DNA of 64,000 nt from Candidatus Bathyarchaeota archaeon (GTDB lineage Archaea; Thermoproteota; Bathyarchaeia; Bathyarchaeales; Bathycorpusculaceae), in the NCBI GenBank assembly GCA_963717465.1, contig OY970340.1, positions 2,752,001-2,816,000 on the forward strand, given 5' to 3'. Numbering within the stretch: the stretch's first letter is position 1; every line of letters begins with the position of its first letter. Positions 10,222 through 20,519 of this stretch are shown piece by piece. Under the pieces are notes generated by a model. That model was not told the DNA's origin. It was given only the letters and a program-made list of their open reading frames with translations, and ran no database searches. The translations under genes were made by a program, and so were the position numbers.

Positions 10222-10605
10222 TTAATAAACGAAGGCTAGTAGCCTTCCTCCAATGTTTTTTTCTTCAGCGTCCTTGTGTGCAATAACACCTTTTGAAGTG
10301 GAAACAACCATAATGCCTATGTCTCTTGATGGCAGGAACTTCTTTTCCCAGTTTTCAAATTCGCCGGTTTTAACTGGATAGCGTGGTTTAACTGGACCGC
10401 ACTTGTTTATGCGTCCTAGAAGTTGAACTTTGAATTTTCCAGAGCGGCCATCATCGATAAATTCGAATTCGCCGATGTAACCGTTCAACTGCATTATTCT
10501 CAGCACCCGACCTAGAAGCTTAGAGGCAGGACTAATGATGCATTCCCGTTTATTGCGCATCTCATTGTTTATTATGGTTATCAAACCATTCGTTAAAGTG
10601 TCCAT
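10222..10605 (-). CDS. rps8: 30S ribosomal protein uS8
   Basis: GYIGEFEFIDDGRSG, GGRLLAFVY. Confidence 0.97.
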   Translation of the reverse strand: MDTLTNGLITIINNEMRNKRECIISPASKLLGRVLRIMQLNGYIGEFEFIDDGRSGKFKVQLLGRINKCGPVKPRYPVKTGEFENWEKKFLPSRDIGIMVVSTSKGVIAHKDAEEKNIGGRLLAFVY

Positions 10606-10620
10606 TGCTTTTCCTTGCTC

Positions 10621-10785
10621 CTACTCATATTTTTTAAACCCAAGTTTTGGTGCTGCTTCCCTAAAACAATGTCTGCAAAGATATAAACCATAACGCCGAA
10701 TAACTGGTCCATAAGAACCACATCGGACACAAGGTCTTGCACCTTTGCCGTATTTTCTTTGCTTCTTCAATTGCTGTTTTCCCAT
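10621..10785 (-). CDS. rps14: 30S ribosomal protein uS14 (54 aa, not in ORF track)
   Basis: Manual translation [54 protein letters not shown]; Zn-binding CxxC/CxxC; canonical position between uL5 and uS8. Confidence 0.95.
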   Translation of the reverse strand: MGKQQLKKQRKYGKGARPCVRCGSYGPVIRRYGLYLCRHCFREAAPKLGFKKYE

Positions 10786-10802
10786 AAATTCACACTTCTA
10801 TT

Positions 10803-11343
10803 CTACTCGATGTTTACCCCCAAAGTCTGCCTGACGAAAACAATTGATTCTTCAGGCGTTAACACGTGTTTTAAGCCAACATGCTTTTTCTCTATTCTTC
10901 GATTCTTTATTCTTTGACCAGGGCGATTAACTGAAACGCACACGTCCATTCCGAATATGCCGATTTCAGGATCATATTTTACGCCTGGAATTTCAATGTG
11001 CTCCTTGAGACCAAAAGAAAAGTTGCCGAACACGTCGAAAGATGACTTGGAAATTTTGTTGTCAACTACAGGCAAAACTTTCTTTAAAAAATCTATCGCT
11101 TTTTGTTTTCGAAGAGTTACTACACAAGCGATTGATTCTCCCTTCGCGAATGCCGAAATCGCGAATCGTCTTTTTTGCTTTTTTCTTTACTGGAGTTTGA
11201 TCTGTTATTTCTTTTAGTACGCGGACAGCTTTTTCAAGGGGTTCGCCTGATTTTCCAACGTTCAGGTTTACCACTACTTTTTCGATTCTGGGTTTAAGCA
11301 TTGGATGCTCTTCCCAAGTTTTAGCCAATTCTTCCTCAGACAA
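10803..11343 (-). CDS. rpl5: 50S ribosomal protein uL5 (apparent frameshift near 11140)
   Basis: PRIEKVVVN...DFGIREG in one frame, then SIACVVTLR...GNFSFG...YDPEIGIFGMD in another. Confidence 0.93.
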
Positions 11344-11344
11344 A

Positions 11345-12101
11345 TTAAGCTGCCTCCGATACTGACACGAGTGGTTCTGTTTCACCTATTGAGAAGACAA
11401 AGTCTAAGATTGTTTGGTAGCGATTGCCCTTTGAGTCTTCTACAACTACTAGTGCATTTCTACGCTTTTTTGCCTCGGTCTTTTCGATCTCTATAATTTT
11501 GCCTTGCTTGCCAACGTTTTTGCCGCCAGTTATGATTGCCAAGTTTCCTTCTTTAGTCTTCAAGGTTGAATCAATTTTGGCATCTTCAAAAGTTACTTTT
11601 AGTGTATCAAAAGTGCCGTAAGGAACTTCCTCAGTGTTTTTTGGATCATCGACTTTAACAAGAATATTTGAACCATCATGTAAAGAAACTTGTACGCCTT
11701 TTGGAACAGTTGTCTTATCTTCTACTCTTAACAGTTTAAAACCGGCTTCTTCTTTGCTTATTGGAGTTAAGATTAATCCTTTATGCGAGGGCATTACACG
11801 ATAATGTTTGTCCATGTCAGGCATGGAGATAACATCCATTATGCCGACTGGGAAATCATCTTTTCTTCGGGCTTTTCCGTCAACTTGTACTTTGCCCTGT
11901 GAAAGTATCATTTTTCCTTCTTTTCTTACTGTTGCAACTCCAAGAATATCACGTAGAACAAGCGCTAATGGCAGGCATTCCTGAAGTGAATGTGGTCCAG
12001 ACGGATGGTTTCACTATCCATTGTTTTTCTTTTCTGTGAATAGGCCAAAATTTTGGAGCTGGTTTACGTTTCAGCCTTGCTGTTTTTCCTTTCTTACCCA
12101 A
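11345..12101 (-). CDS. rps4e: 30S ribosomal protein eS4 (apparent frameshift near 12000)
   Basis: TTG start gives GKKGKTARLKRKPAPKFWPI; continues into FPVGIMDVI and ITGGKNVG. Confidence 0.93.
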
Positions 12102-12199
12102 ATTTATTGGTCTCCTTTATTTTTTTCAGCGGTTTTACGCTTGGCTTTAGATTTAGAAGCGGGCTTTTTTTGGCGCCTTCTTTTTCCGCAGCTGATTTT

Positions 12200-12874
12200 T
12201 TAGTTTTCGCTCGCAGCTTTTTTAGTTTCTTTCTTTGCCGGCGCTGGCTTCTTTTTGGTTGGTTCTTCTTTTTTGGCAGTTGGCTTTTGCTTTTCGGGTT
12301 CAGTTTTTGGAGAAACCTGTTTTACTTCAGGTGTCTCTTCTTCAACTACTTGTTCAACTGCCTTTTCTTTTGCGGCTTCAGCTTTTGATTCTTCTGCGGC
12401 TTTTGCGGCTTCAGCTTTTGATTCTTCTGCGGCTTTTGCGGCTTCAGCTTTGGCTTTAGCCTTCTCTTTCTGTGCGGCTTTTTTGGTTTCTTTTGCTTTT
12501 TCAGGCGCCTGTTTTCTTTCAAGTATTGCTTTTCTTCGGTTATCGTCTAGACTTAGATTTTTTATCATGACTTTAGATGGATGTACACCGAGGAAAATGT
12601 TTGTTCCATCAACTTTTTCACGAGTTAAACCTTCAACATAAATTTTGAAGTGCTTTAGGTCTACACGCGAGACTTTTCCTTCAAATCCTTTATGGTCTCC
12701 TCGTTGAATGTGAACTGTGTCGCCTTTCCTTACTGGAAGAGTCTTTGCTCCTTTTGATTGGGCAAGCTCTTTTGAAAGTGGAGCGGCCATGAATTTGTGG
12801 CGAATATGAGCAGGAGCATTGTACATCATTTTTCGTTGTTTGCGAGGGTTCTTTACTCTATTTGTAGTTTGCAT
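12200..12874 (-). CDS. rpl24: 50S ribosomal protein uL24 with long Ala/Glu/Lys tail (tail probably extends to 12104 across indels)
   Basis: PRKQRK...YNAP, VRKGDTV, HPSKVMI. Confidence 0.93.
   Translation of the reverse strand: MQTTNRVKNPRKQRKMMYNAPAHIRHKFMAAPLSKELAQSKGAKTLPVRKGDTVHIQRGDHKGFEGKVSRVDLKHFKIYVEGLTREKVDGTNIFLGVHPSKVMIKNLSLDDNRRKAILERKQAPEKAKETKKAAQKEKAKAKAEAAKAAEESKAEAAKAAEESKAEAAKEKAVEQVVEEETPEVKQVSPKTEPEKQKPTAKKEEPTKKKPAPAKKETKKAASEN
12372..12451 (-). repeat. 33-bp tandem repeat (about 2.4 copies) encoding AEAAKAAEESK in the uL24 tail
   Basis: gcggcttcagcttttgattcttctgcggctttt repeated exactly twice plus a partial copy. Confidence 0.9.
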
Positions 12875-12882
12875 GTTTTCAC

Positions 12883-13323
12883 CTAAACTATTATGCTTGA
12901 GGCACTGGCTATTCTTGGCCATCTTTCAGCTGCTTCTTTAGCTACGGGACCGCGTATTTCTGAGCCTTTCATTTCTCCATCAGGAGTAATAATTACAGCG
13001 GCATTGTCTTCAAATTGAACCCAGACGCCGTCAACACGTCTGAAAGTTTTCCTTTGACGTACGATTACTGCTTGAAAAATTTTTTTGCGCATATCAGGCG
13101 AGCCTTGCCTAACGGATACAGTTATTTTGTCGCCTACTGTGGCAGATGGGTAACGTCTTAATCGACCTTTGTAACCCATGGCTTGTATGAGACGCAGTAC
13201 TCTGGCGCCTGTGTTGTCAGTGCATCTTAATTCTGAGCCTGCTTGAAGACCTCTTGAGAGTCTTTGACCGTGTGCAAGCATGCCTTTAGCGACGAGTGCT
13301 CTCTGTTTCGCTTTTGCCGCCAT
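12883..13323 (-). CDS. rpl14: 50S ribosomal protein uL14
   Basis: DNTGAR, FEDNAAVI, GPVAKEAAERWPRIAS. Confidence 0.97.
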   Translation of the reverse strand: MAAKAKQRALVAKGMLAHGQRLSRGLQAGSELRCTDNTGARVLRLIQAMGYKGRLRRYPSATVGDKITVSVRQGSPDMRKKIFQAVIVRQRKTFRRVDGVWVQFEDNAAVIITPDGEMKGSEIRGPVAKEAAERWPRIASASSIIV

Positions 13324-13324
13324 T

Positions 13325-13646
13325 TTACTTCTCGTCTCCTAGTTTTTCAACTACAACAAAAGACACTGTTTTGCTGACTGGTCTGCATTCGGCGATCTTG
13401 ACTCGGTCGCCTTCTTTAACGTCTATGCATGGAGGATTGTGAGAGGGGATGTGCCCGTGTCTTCTTTCGTATCTGACGAATTTTGATGAGAACTCTAAGA
13501 ATTTTCGGTCTACAACGACTGTTTTGTCCATTCTGGCGGTGTGAACAATTCCTTCTAGAACGCGACCTCTTACCGCTAATGTCCCGTGGAAAGGACAATT
13601 TCGGTCAGTCACAAGTTTTTTTGGGCTTCTTGAATTTTAAGGACAT
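13325..13646 (-). CDS. rps17: 30S ribosomal protein uS17 (indel near 13612)
   Basis: MSLKFKKPKKTC then DRNCPFHG...ECRPVSKT in a shifted frame. Confidence 0.93.
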
Positions 13647-13927
13647 TACCATAACCTCTTAATGTTTTTTTTAAGCCGATCTTCAGGTCTTCCCACCAAA
13701 AGTTTACCGTCAATTTCAACGATTGTTCCATCGTCAAATTCAAAGTTAAAAATTGATGTTTCTTTTATTACATTTTTTGTTTTGCCTTTGCTGAGAAAAC
13801 TAAAAGTGTTCTTCGTTTCTCCTACAACTGGGCCAGCTAAACCAATGTAGTCTTTGTGTAGGCTTTGGGTTACTCTTCCTTTTGTGCCGATGAATTCGTA
13901 TCTTATGATGTCAGGTGTAACTTTCAT
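13646..13927 (-). CDS. rnp1: Ribonuclease P protein component 1 (Rpp29)
   Basis: EFIG, GPVVGETKNT, LVGRPEDRLKK; canonical position between uL29 and uS17. Confidence 0.9.
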   Translation of the reverse strand: MKVTPDIIRYEFIGTKGRVTQSLHKDYIGLAGPVVGETKNTFSFLSKGKTKNVIKETSIFNFEFDDGTIVEIDGKLLVGRPEDRLKKNIKRLW

Positions 13928-14220
13928 TTGGCTGTCTTCTCCTTCTCTTTTTCAGCCTTGCTGGGTTTTTTCTTTTCAGCTTTTTTAGCTGGCTCTTCTT
14001 TTTTACTGGGGATTTCAAGTTTAGCTTGGCTTTGATTTTGAACTGTGAGTATTCGTGCAATTGTTTTGCGCAGTTCCCTGATTCTTGTTGGATTTTCTAC
14101 TGCGCCTCCGGCTTTAACCATGGTTTTTAATCGGGATAGTTCTGTGCGTAATTCTACGAGTTTTTTTGATCTTGCCTCGTCAGACATGCCGTTGATTTCT
14201 TTCATGCGAAGAATTGGCAT
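13924..14220 (-). CDS. rpl29: 50S ribosomal protein uL29 with Lys/Glu tail
   Basis: ENPTRIRELRKTIARILT. Confidence 0.95.
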   Translation of the reverse strand: MPILRMKEINGMSDEARSKKLVELRTELSRLKTMVKAGGAVENPTRIRELRKTIARILTVQNQSQAKLEIPSKKEEPAKKAEKKKPSKAEKEKEKTAK

Positions 14221-14973
14221 TACTGTTTTTCCTCCTCTTCTTCATCCTCGTCGTCTGTTACTTCGGTTGCTTTCACCTTTGATTCCGGCTCTGGTTCAGG
14301 TGCTGGCTTTTCTGGTTTTCCTGCCTGTGCTGGTGCTTCAGCTTGTGGTTTTGCAGCGGCTTTTTCTTCAGGAGGCAACGCCTGCAACTATTTTGATTTT
14401 ATCAGGGAATATAGCGTCTGGAGGCATTATTTTTACTCGTACGCCGATAATTCCTGGTTTAAGCTGAACGTGGGCTTCAGCTTTCTTCGTGTACATTAAT
14501 GCTGGTTCTCCGCACCTTGGGAAATAGCCAGCGCGGAATTTTTCAAATCTGGCTCTTTCAGTGCGAAGTTTTCCACTGATTACGATTTCTACGCCAAGTG
14601 CGCCTGCTTCCATAACCTGGTTTAAAGCCCAAAATCCAGCACGCCTAAAATGAACGCCTCGTTGAAGCGCTGAAGCCACTCTGGAAGCTACAACGTAAGC
14701 GTTGAATTCGGGCACTTCAATTTCTGAAACTGAGATTTGTGGATTTGCAAGTTTAAATTTTTCTTCAAGGGCTGAGGCGAGTTCTTTTATGGTTTCTCCG
14801 CCGCGGCCGATTACTAATCCTGGGCGCATGGCATATATTACAACGTGTGTTCCCAGTGGAGTTTTGCTTAAGTTTACTCCGCCATAGCCTGCGCGGTCAA
14901 GTTTTTTTTGTAGAAATTCGTCTATTTCTGTTTTTTTGATGGATTCAGTTATAAATCGTTTAACTATCGACAT
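14220..14973 (-). CDS. rps3: 30S ribosomal protein uS3 (indel near 14380; tail ends at TAA overlapping the uL29 ATG)
   Basis: KH motif PGLVIGRGG, GKLRTERA; shifted frame continues LPPEEKAAAKPQ...DDEDEEEEEKQ. Confidence 0.93.
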
Positions 14974-14975
14974 TG

Positions 14976-15449
14976 TTATTCTCCTTTCTCTTGGAGCGCG
15001 ATTTCAACGTGCGTGGTAATGTTGTATTTGGGTGAGGCTCTTCCATGGGCTCTTGGAGTGTAACGCTTAATCTTCATGCCTGGGTATGCACAGGAATGGA
15101 TTATTTTTAGTTTTTCAGTGTCTAAGCCCTTGTTTTCTGCGTTTGCTTGCGCTGCTTGGAGTACTCTAAGAACCACCTCTGCAGTTTTTATTGGGTACCT
15201 TCCAGCAAAAGCATGTGTTATTCCGCCTTTATGCCCCAGCTTTTTAGTGTACCTCTTGTATGGGATGGCTTTTTTCTTGATCATTACATCGCGTAAATAG
15301 TCTTTCGCAGCGAGTAAATCCATGCCTTTTATAGCTTTACACACTTCTCGTGCAGCTTTATGGGATACCTTTAGTTCCCTACCGCTGGCTATCGCTGTTT
15401 TTTCCGGATCTAAAGTTTCTTGAATTATAGAGTATCCCCATTTAGGCAT
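14976..15449 (-). CDS. rpl22: 50S ribosomal protein uL22
   Basis: VSHKAAREVC, GRYPIK, PRAHGRA. Confidence 0.95.
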   Translation of the reverse strand: MPKWGYSIIQETLDPEKTAIASGRELKVSHKAAREVCKAIKGMDLLAAKDYLRDVMIKKKAIPYKRYTKKLGHKGGITHAFAGRYPIKTAEVVLRVLQAAQANAENKGLDTEKLKIIHSCAYPGMKIKRYTPRAHGRASPKYNITTHVEIALQEKGE

Positions 15450-15865
15450 TTCATTATCACCGATGCTCAATCAAACACGTAAAAGCAATTTATATGGCTT
15501 TCCGTATCACAATTACCAATACGATTAAGTAAGCAACTTAGTTTTCCCTTATTAAGGGCGAATTCGTGAGTGAGGTGACCAAAAAGTGGAATGCAACTCT
15601 GCTTTTATAGTTTTTCCAAAAAATAGGCTATCGACATTCTAATTGCCTCGGTATTTAGATATTTGGGCAAAATTGACAAAAGAGAATATTTGAATGACGC
15701 TAAAACTAAGCATTTAATGGCAAAACTTCAGTTCTCTTTTTTTAGAGCGGCCGCGAAACCACTTCTAAGTTAATTGCAAGACAAATTGGTTAAGGATTCT
15801 CACCTAGGAAAAAGTGTATATGTTTTTTATCACATTTTTTATCATATAGAAAATGTGAAGATTTT

Positions 15866-16510
15866 ATGTCAGTAAAAGGTTTAGATAACGATAAGAACGA
15901 ACAAGAATACTTTGAAAGCTGGGAGAAAGTGTATAGTCGAAAAGAGAACTCTTTTGATGTTAATGAGCCGGATGAATGGATAGTTGAGCTTGAGGCTCAG
16001 GGAAAGATTAGCGGTTTAGTTTTGGACTCTGGATGTGGTACAGGAGGCAACTCACTTTATCTTGCGGCTAAAGGGCACTCGGTTGTGGGGATAAGCATCT
16101 CATTGAAAGCTATCGAAAGAGCAAAGGAAAAAGCGGCAGAGAAAGAGATCGCGAATGCGAAATTTCTCCAGTTGAACATCTTCAAATTGACGGGATACGA
16201 TGACAAATTTGGCACGGTTATTGATGTAGGATGTTTTCATTCTCTGCATGAGGACGACCGGAAGAAGTATGTGAGCATGTTAAAGAATGCATGCAAATCT
16301 GGCGCCGTTATATTTCTGAGAGCTTTCAGCACAGCTAACGCAAAAAGAAAAGGCTATAGAGGTCCGCAGGTGCCCGACGAACAGATACGTGTTGCTTTTT
16401 CAAAGGGCTGGAGAATAGTTAGATTTGAGCAAAAAGACGTAGATGTAAAATTATCCGCTATCGATACAGTAAAAATCAACGCATGGTTTGCTGAAATAGT
16501 GCGACTTTGA
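15866..16510 (+). CDS. Class I SAM-dependent methyltransferase
   Basis: VLDSGCGTG motif I and IDVGCFHSL. Confidence 0.85.
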   Translation: MSVKGLDNDKNEQEYFESWEKVYSRKENSFDVNEPDEWIVELEAQGKISGLVLDSGCGTGGNSLYLAAKGHSVVGISISLKAIERAKEKAAEKEIANAKFLQLNIFKLTGYDDKFGTVIDVGCFHSLHEDDRKKYVSMLKNACKSGAVIFLRAFSTANAKRKGYRGPQVPDEQIRVAFSKGWRIVRFEQKDVDVKLSAIDTVKINAWFAEIVRL

Positions 16511-16592
16511 GTTTATTTAATAGTTGACACGGCTTTTTAGCGCCGCTGAACTAGTCTTACTCCTATTTTTTTCTTTTCGTGAGGCGGTTGGT

Positions 16593-17461
16593 ATGGAAAG
16601 AAAGGCTGACAAGATTCTAAATCGCCGTACAACTTTAGAGGGCGCTGGCGTTAAGCTCAAACGGGTCTTAGGCAACGACAGACGCTCTACGCTTGATCCG
16701 TTCTTGCTCTTAGACCATTTTGGATCAGATAATCCAGAAGACTACATCAAAGGTTTTCCTTGGCATCCTCATAGAGGAATGGAAACAGTCACCTACATGT
16801 GGACGGGCGAAGTTGAACACGGCGACAGCATGGGAAACAAAGGCGTAATCAAGTCCGGAGATGTGCAATGGATGACTGCGGGGTCAGGCATAATACATCA
16901 AGAAATGCCCCAAAAATACGACGGATTGATGCAGGGTTTTCAACTATGGGTAAATCTGCCCGCAAAAAAGAAAATGATCGACCCCAAATATCGTGGTATA
17001 GAAAAACAACAAATCCCAGTACTCGAAAAAGATGGCTCAAAAATAAAAGTCATAGCAGGCAAGGTTGATGGAACGGAAGGACCAGTTCGCGACTTAGCAA
17101 TAAACATAGAATACTTCGATGTAGAGCTAGATGCCGGAAAAACATTCGAGCACGCCACACCTAAGAATGATACGGTTTTTGCCTACCTCGTTGAAGGATC
17201 AATAGAGATTGGGAGCAAGAAGATATTGCAGGGTCAGTGTGCAGTTTTTGGTGAAGGCGATTTAGTCAAAATAGGCTCGAACAGGGCGGCGCTCGGTTTC
17301 TGTTTGTGTCGGGAGAGCCGTTAAACGAGCCTGTGGCGTGGAGAGGACCAATCGTTATGAATACTGAAGAAGAGCTCGATAAAGCCTTTGAAGAACTAGA
17401 TTCAGATACTTTTATCAAAATTAAGAATCCAGTTAAGCCTAAAAAAATCAGTGTGATGTAA
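16593..17461 (+). CDS. Pirin family protein (indel near 17285)
   Basis: DPFLLLDHF, WHPHRGMETVTY, WMTAGSGIIHQE; shifted frame gives PLNEPVAWRGPIVMNT. Confidence 0.9.
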
Positions 17462-17595
17462 GTATGAGCGCACGTAAAAAAAATTCCAACTGAGAACAAA
17501 AAGAAAAGTACTTTGGTCAAACCCATTATCACGTTCGTTTTCTAAGAGCGGAAATATTCGTTGCCAAATTTTATTAGGAGTTTCGTGAGATATTT

Positions 17596-17901
17596 ATGTG
17601 GGTAAAAATGTCTACCGCTAAAGTTGACGAAAGATATAGGATAGTTCTTGACAAGAAAATTAGAAAAAAAACTCACATTAAAGCGGGGGATATTTTAGTT
17701 ATCGAGCCACTCGATGACTACAGCTTTAAAGCAAACGTTTTAGACTTAACCTCAGAGAACGTTGAAGACGACCCAGCATGGAAGGCGATTCACATGCCGA
17801 TCAAAGTGAAAAAGCATATTCCTCCAAAAAAACTCGAAGAGATGATGGAGGAAACAACTTGGCTAGAGCGAGGAATGAGTCGAAACCTCTTTCCTTGGTA
17901 G
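17596..17901 (+). CDS. AbrB/MazE/SpoVT-family antitoxin
   Basis: AKVDERYRIVLDKKIRKKTHIKAGD swapped-hairpin signature upstream of a PIN gene. Confidence 0.8.
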   Translation: MWVKMSTAKVDERYRIVLDKKIRKKTHIKAGDILVIEPLDDYSFKANVLDLTSENVEDDPAWKAIHMPIKVKKHIPPKKLEEMMEETTWLERGMSRNLFPW

Positions 17902-18325
17902 ATTCAAATGTTATAATCTATGCTATATGATGAAGAACCATGCAAACAAGCAGTATCACGAAAAATGCCTAACCCTTATAGAAAAAGGGCTTAAAGGCGA
18001 ACTCAAAGGTATTTTGGCGGTAAACCCAATAGTAATAGTTGAAGTATTTTCGGTCTTGCGAAAACTTGAAGGCTGCGAATTAGCAGAATTCAAAATAACC
18101 TCATTCTTGCATTCAAAACGTCTCGGTTTCTTGTCAGTCTCAAAAGAAGCATGCCAAAAAATGGTCCAATGGGCCAAAGAAAAGAACATTCCAGTAAACG
18201 ACGCATTGATAGGTGCAAGCATACTGGAAAAGGCGAACCTAATCTTCACAGTAGACGAAGAGCACTTCCAAAAACTCAAAGAGTATGGTATCCAAGTTTT
18301 AAATCCTTTAACTTCACCTTTCTGA
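17859..18325 (+). CDS. PIN-domain (VapC) toxin (indel near 17925)
   Basis: LVDSNVIIYA in an upstream frame after GGAGGA; IVEVF, VNDALI, FTVDEEHF downstream. Confidence 0.8.
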
Positions 18326-18527
18326 AAAGATTTTTTAGAAGAAACTCTTATTTGCAATATTCGCGAAGGCAAGCTTGATACAATACTCAACAGTGTTCGT
18401 GAAAAACATAAATTGGCTTCTTCGTCACACACGCCAGCCCCAGCTCTTTGGCATCCGACATTATCTCATTAATTAACCTCAAAAAAGAAATAGAAGGTTG
18501 CCATAAAACAACCGAAGAGGTGGGGAA

Positions 18528-18671
18528 ATGCAGTATAAATGTATTAGATGCGTAGGGTGTTCTTCACATAACGTTAAAGCAACATACAACAATAAAGAGG
18601 AACTCGTAACCGTTACATGCCTAGATTGCGGTTACGTTAGACACTACGAAAATGGGTTCCCCAAAGAATAA
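18528..18671 (+). CDS. 47-aa zinc-ribbon microprotein (not in ORF track)
   Basis: MQYKCIRCVGCSSHNVKATYNNKEELVTVTCLDCGYVRHYENGFPKE; GAGGTGG SD upstream; CxxC pairs. Confidence 0.6.
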   Translation: MQYKCIRCVGCSSHNVKATYNNKEELVTVTCLDCGYVRHYENGFPKE

Positions 18672-18980
18672 GCGAACAATAGAGAATACAAAACAACCTG
18701 TCCTCGCGTTAATTAATTATGTTGGACTTTCAATCCCGCTAGGTTTTTTGATCTTTTTTACATTGTTAAGTAAAATATGAGTTGTAGCCGTCCAGTATTT
18801 AAATGAGAATTTAAATAAACCATTCAAAACCAAGCTTAATTAGGTTTTATCAGGGTAATTCTATTTTTGCCCTTTTAAATCGTCAAACTGGTAAAGTCCA
18901 GTTCTCAAAAAGAATTAAGAGCTAACTTAATTGTATGATGAAGGAATTAACGAAGCTGCTATAAGGATACGTGTATTAAC

Positions 18981-19262
18981 TTGAGTAAATTTGCTGCATC
19001 TGTTAACATGTTTATCGATGCCTCTGAGAGAGATACTATCGTCCAAGCGCTGTCTAAAATCCCATCAATAGAAGAAATTTATGAGGTCGCAGGCGAGTAC
19101 GATATAGTTTCTATTGTTTCAACTTCAAGCGTAGAAGAGTTCCGAGATTTACTTCATAAGCGAATACTCAATATCAAAGGCATAAAAAGTGTTATAACAT
19201 CAGTAATTCTTAAGCTGGATGACAAACCAAACTTAAAAAAGAAAACTGTTCAGCACATTTAA
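18981..19262 (+). CDS. Stand-alone Lrp/AsnC ligand-binding (RAM) domain protein
   Basis: EIYEVAGEYDIV...IKSVITSVIL; no HTH. Confidence 0.85.
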   Translation: MSKFAASVNMFIDASERDTIVQALSKIPSIEEIYEVAGEYDIVSIVSTSSVEEFRDLLHKRILNIKGIKSVITSVILKLDDKPNLKKKTVQHI

Positions 19263-19538
19263 AAGAAAATCAAAATCAATTGTGCCAAAACTTTTTGCAT
19301 TGCCAATGTTTTGAGGAATCTTCAGAATTGATAATTTTGAAAAAGAACCTTTTAAGCTCAAAACCTTGACAAATTACGCGATAGTTACTCCCGAAATTCA
19401 ATCTTAGCCTAACGAAGCTACTTTGAGGCCTTTACGAGCACTTCATAACTATGCAGGATAATGCTTATATCTAAAATCTTGAATGAAAACGATATCATTT
19501 AACGATAATGGAAAAAAAATTACTGGCAGGCGTATTTC

Positions 19539-20519
19539 ATGGTAGAAAATTCAGTTATACAGACTAAAGAGCTTAGGAAAACTTTTCCTGCTAAAGGAAG
19601 AGGAGGCAAAGAGGTTGAAGCAGTAAAAGGCATAGACCTCACCGTTAAGAGAGGAGAAATTTTCGGTTTTCTGGGCCCGAACGGTGCTGGTAAATCCACC
19701 ACGCAAAAAATGCTCTCCACGTTATTGTGTCCCACTAGTGGAGAAGCCAAAGTTCTTGGATATGATTTAGCAGATCAACAGGAGCAAATTAGGCAAAACA
19801 TTGGATGCGTAAGTCAAGCAGGCGGAGCTGACCTTGCCTCAACGGGCATGGAGAATTTGGTTCTTCAAGCCCGTCTCTATGGCATAGATGCCTCAAATGC
19901 CAAAAAATACGCTAACGAGTTTGCAGAGCGGTTCCAGATGAATTCTTTCATAATGCGACCTGCGCAAACGTATTCAGGTGGTCAAAAACGGCGTTTAGAC
20001 GTTGCACTTGGTATGATCCATCATCCTCAGTTGCTTCTTCTCGATGAGCCGACAACTGGTCTTGACCCACAAAGTCGAACTTACTTGTGGGGAGAAATTA
20101 AAAAGCTCAAGGAGGGAGGCATCACCATCCTTTTAACCACACAGTATATGGATGAAGCGGATAAGCTCTGCGACCGAATAGCAATTATTGATGATGGAAA
20201 AATCGTTGTAACTGGAACTCCTGAAGAGTTAAAAAGCAGCGTAGGCGGCGACACCATCATCTTCAGTTTCTCCTCAGAAGAAACCGCTCTTAACGCGAAG
20301 GTGATGGTGGCAAAAATGGCGCCCACAGCAGTTATTAAAGCTCAGGATAGTAGCCTTCACATAACCATTAAAGATGGGGAGAGAATGATGCCTGATCTAC
20401 TGCGCTCACTCGATGCTCAGAATCTGCAGGCACAAACCGTAACTTTATCCAGGCCAAGCCTTGATGACGTGTTTCTTAAATATACTGGCCGTTCACTTCG
20501 GGAGGACAAAATCAAATGA
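19539..20519 (+). CDS. ABC-2 (DrrA-like) exporter ATP-binding protein
   Basis: Walker A GPNGAGKST, signature YSGGQ, Walker B LLLDEPTTGLD. Confidence 0.92.
   Translation: MVENSVIQTKELRKTFPAKGRGGKEVEAVKGIDLTVKRGEIFGFLGPNGAGKSTTQKMLSTLLCPTSGEAKVLGYDLADQQEQIRQNIGCVSQAGGADLASTGMENLVLQARLYGIDASNAKKYANEFAERFQMNSFIMRPAQTYSGGQKRRLDVALGMIHHPQLLLLDEPTTGLDPQSRTYLWGEIKKLKEGGITILLTTQYMDEADKLCDRIAIIDDGKIVVTGTPEELKSSVGGDTIIFSFSSEETALNAKVMVAKMAPTAVIKAQDSSLHITIKDGERMMPDLLRSLDAQNLQAQTVTLSRPSLDDVFLKYTGRSLREDKIK

Noticed and set aside
10803..13646. Frameshifts in uL5, eS4 and uS17 (and many other genes) as programmed frameshifting or pseudogenes
   Set aside because: Single-base indels are scattered through essential genes with no shared slippery motif; uncorrected long-read errors are the simplest explanation
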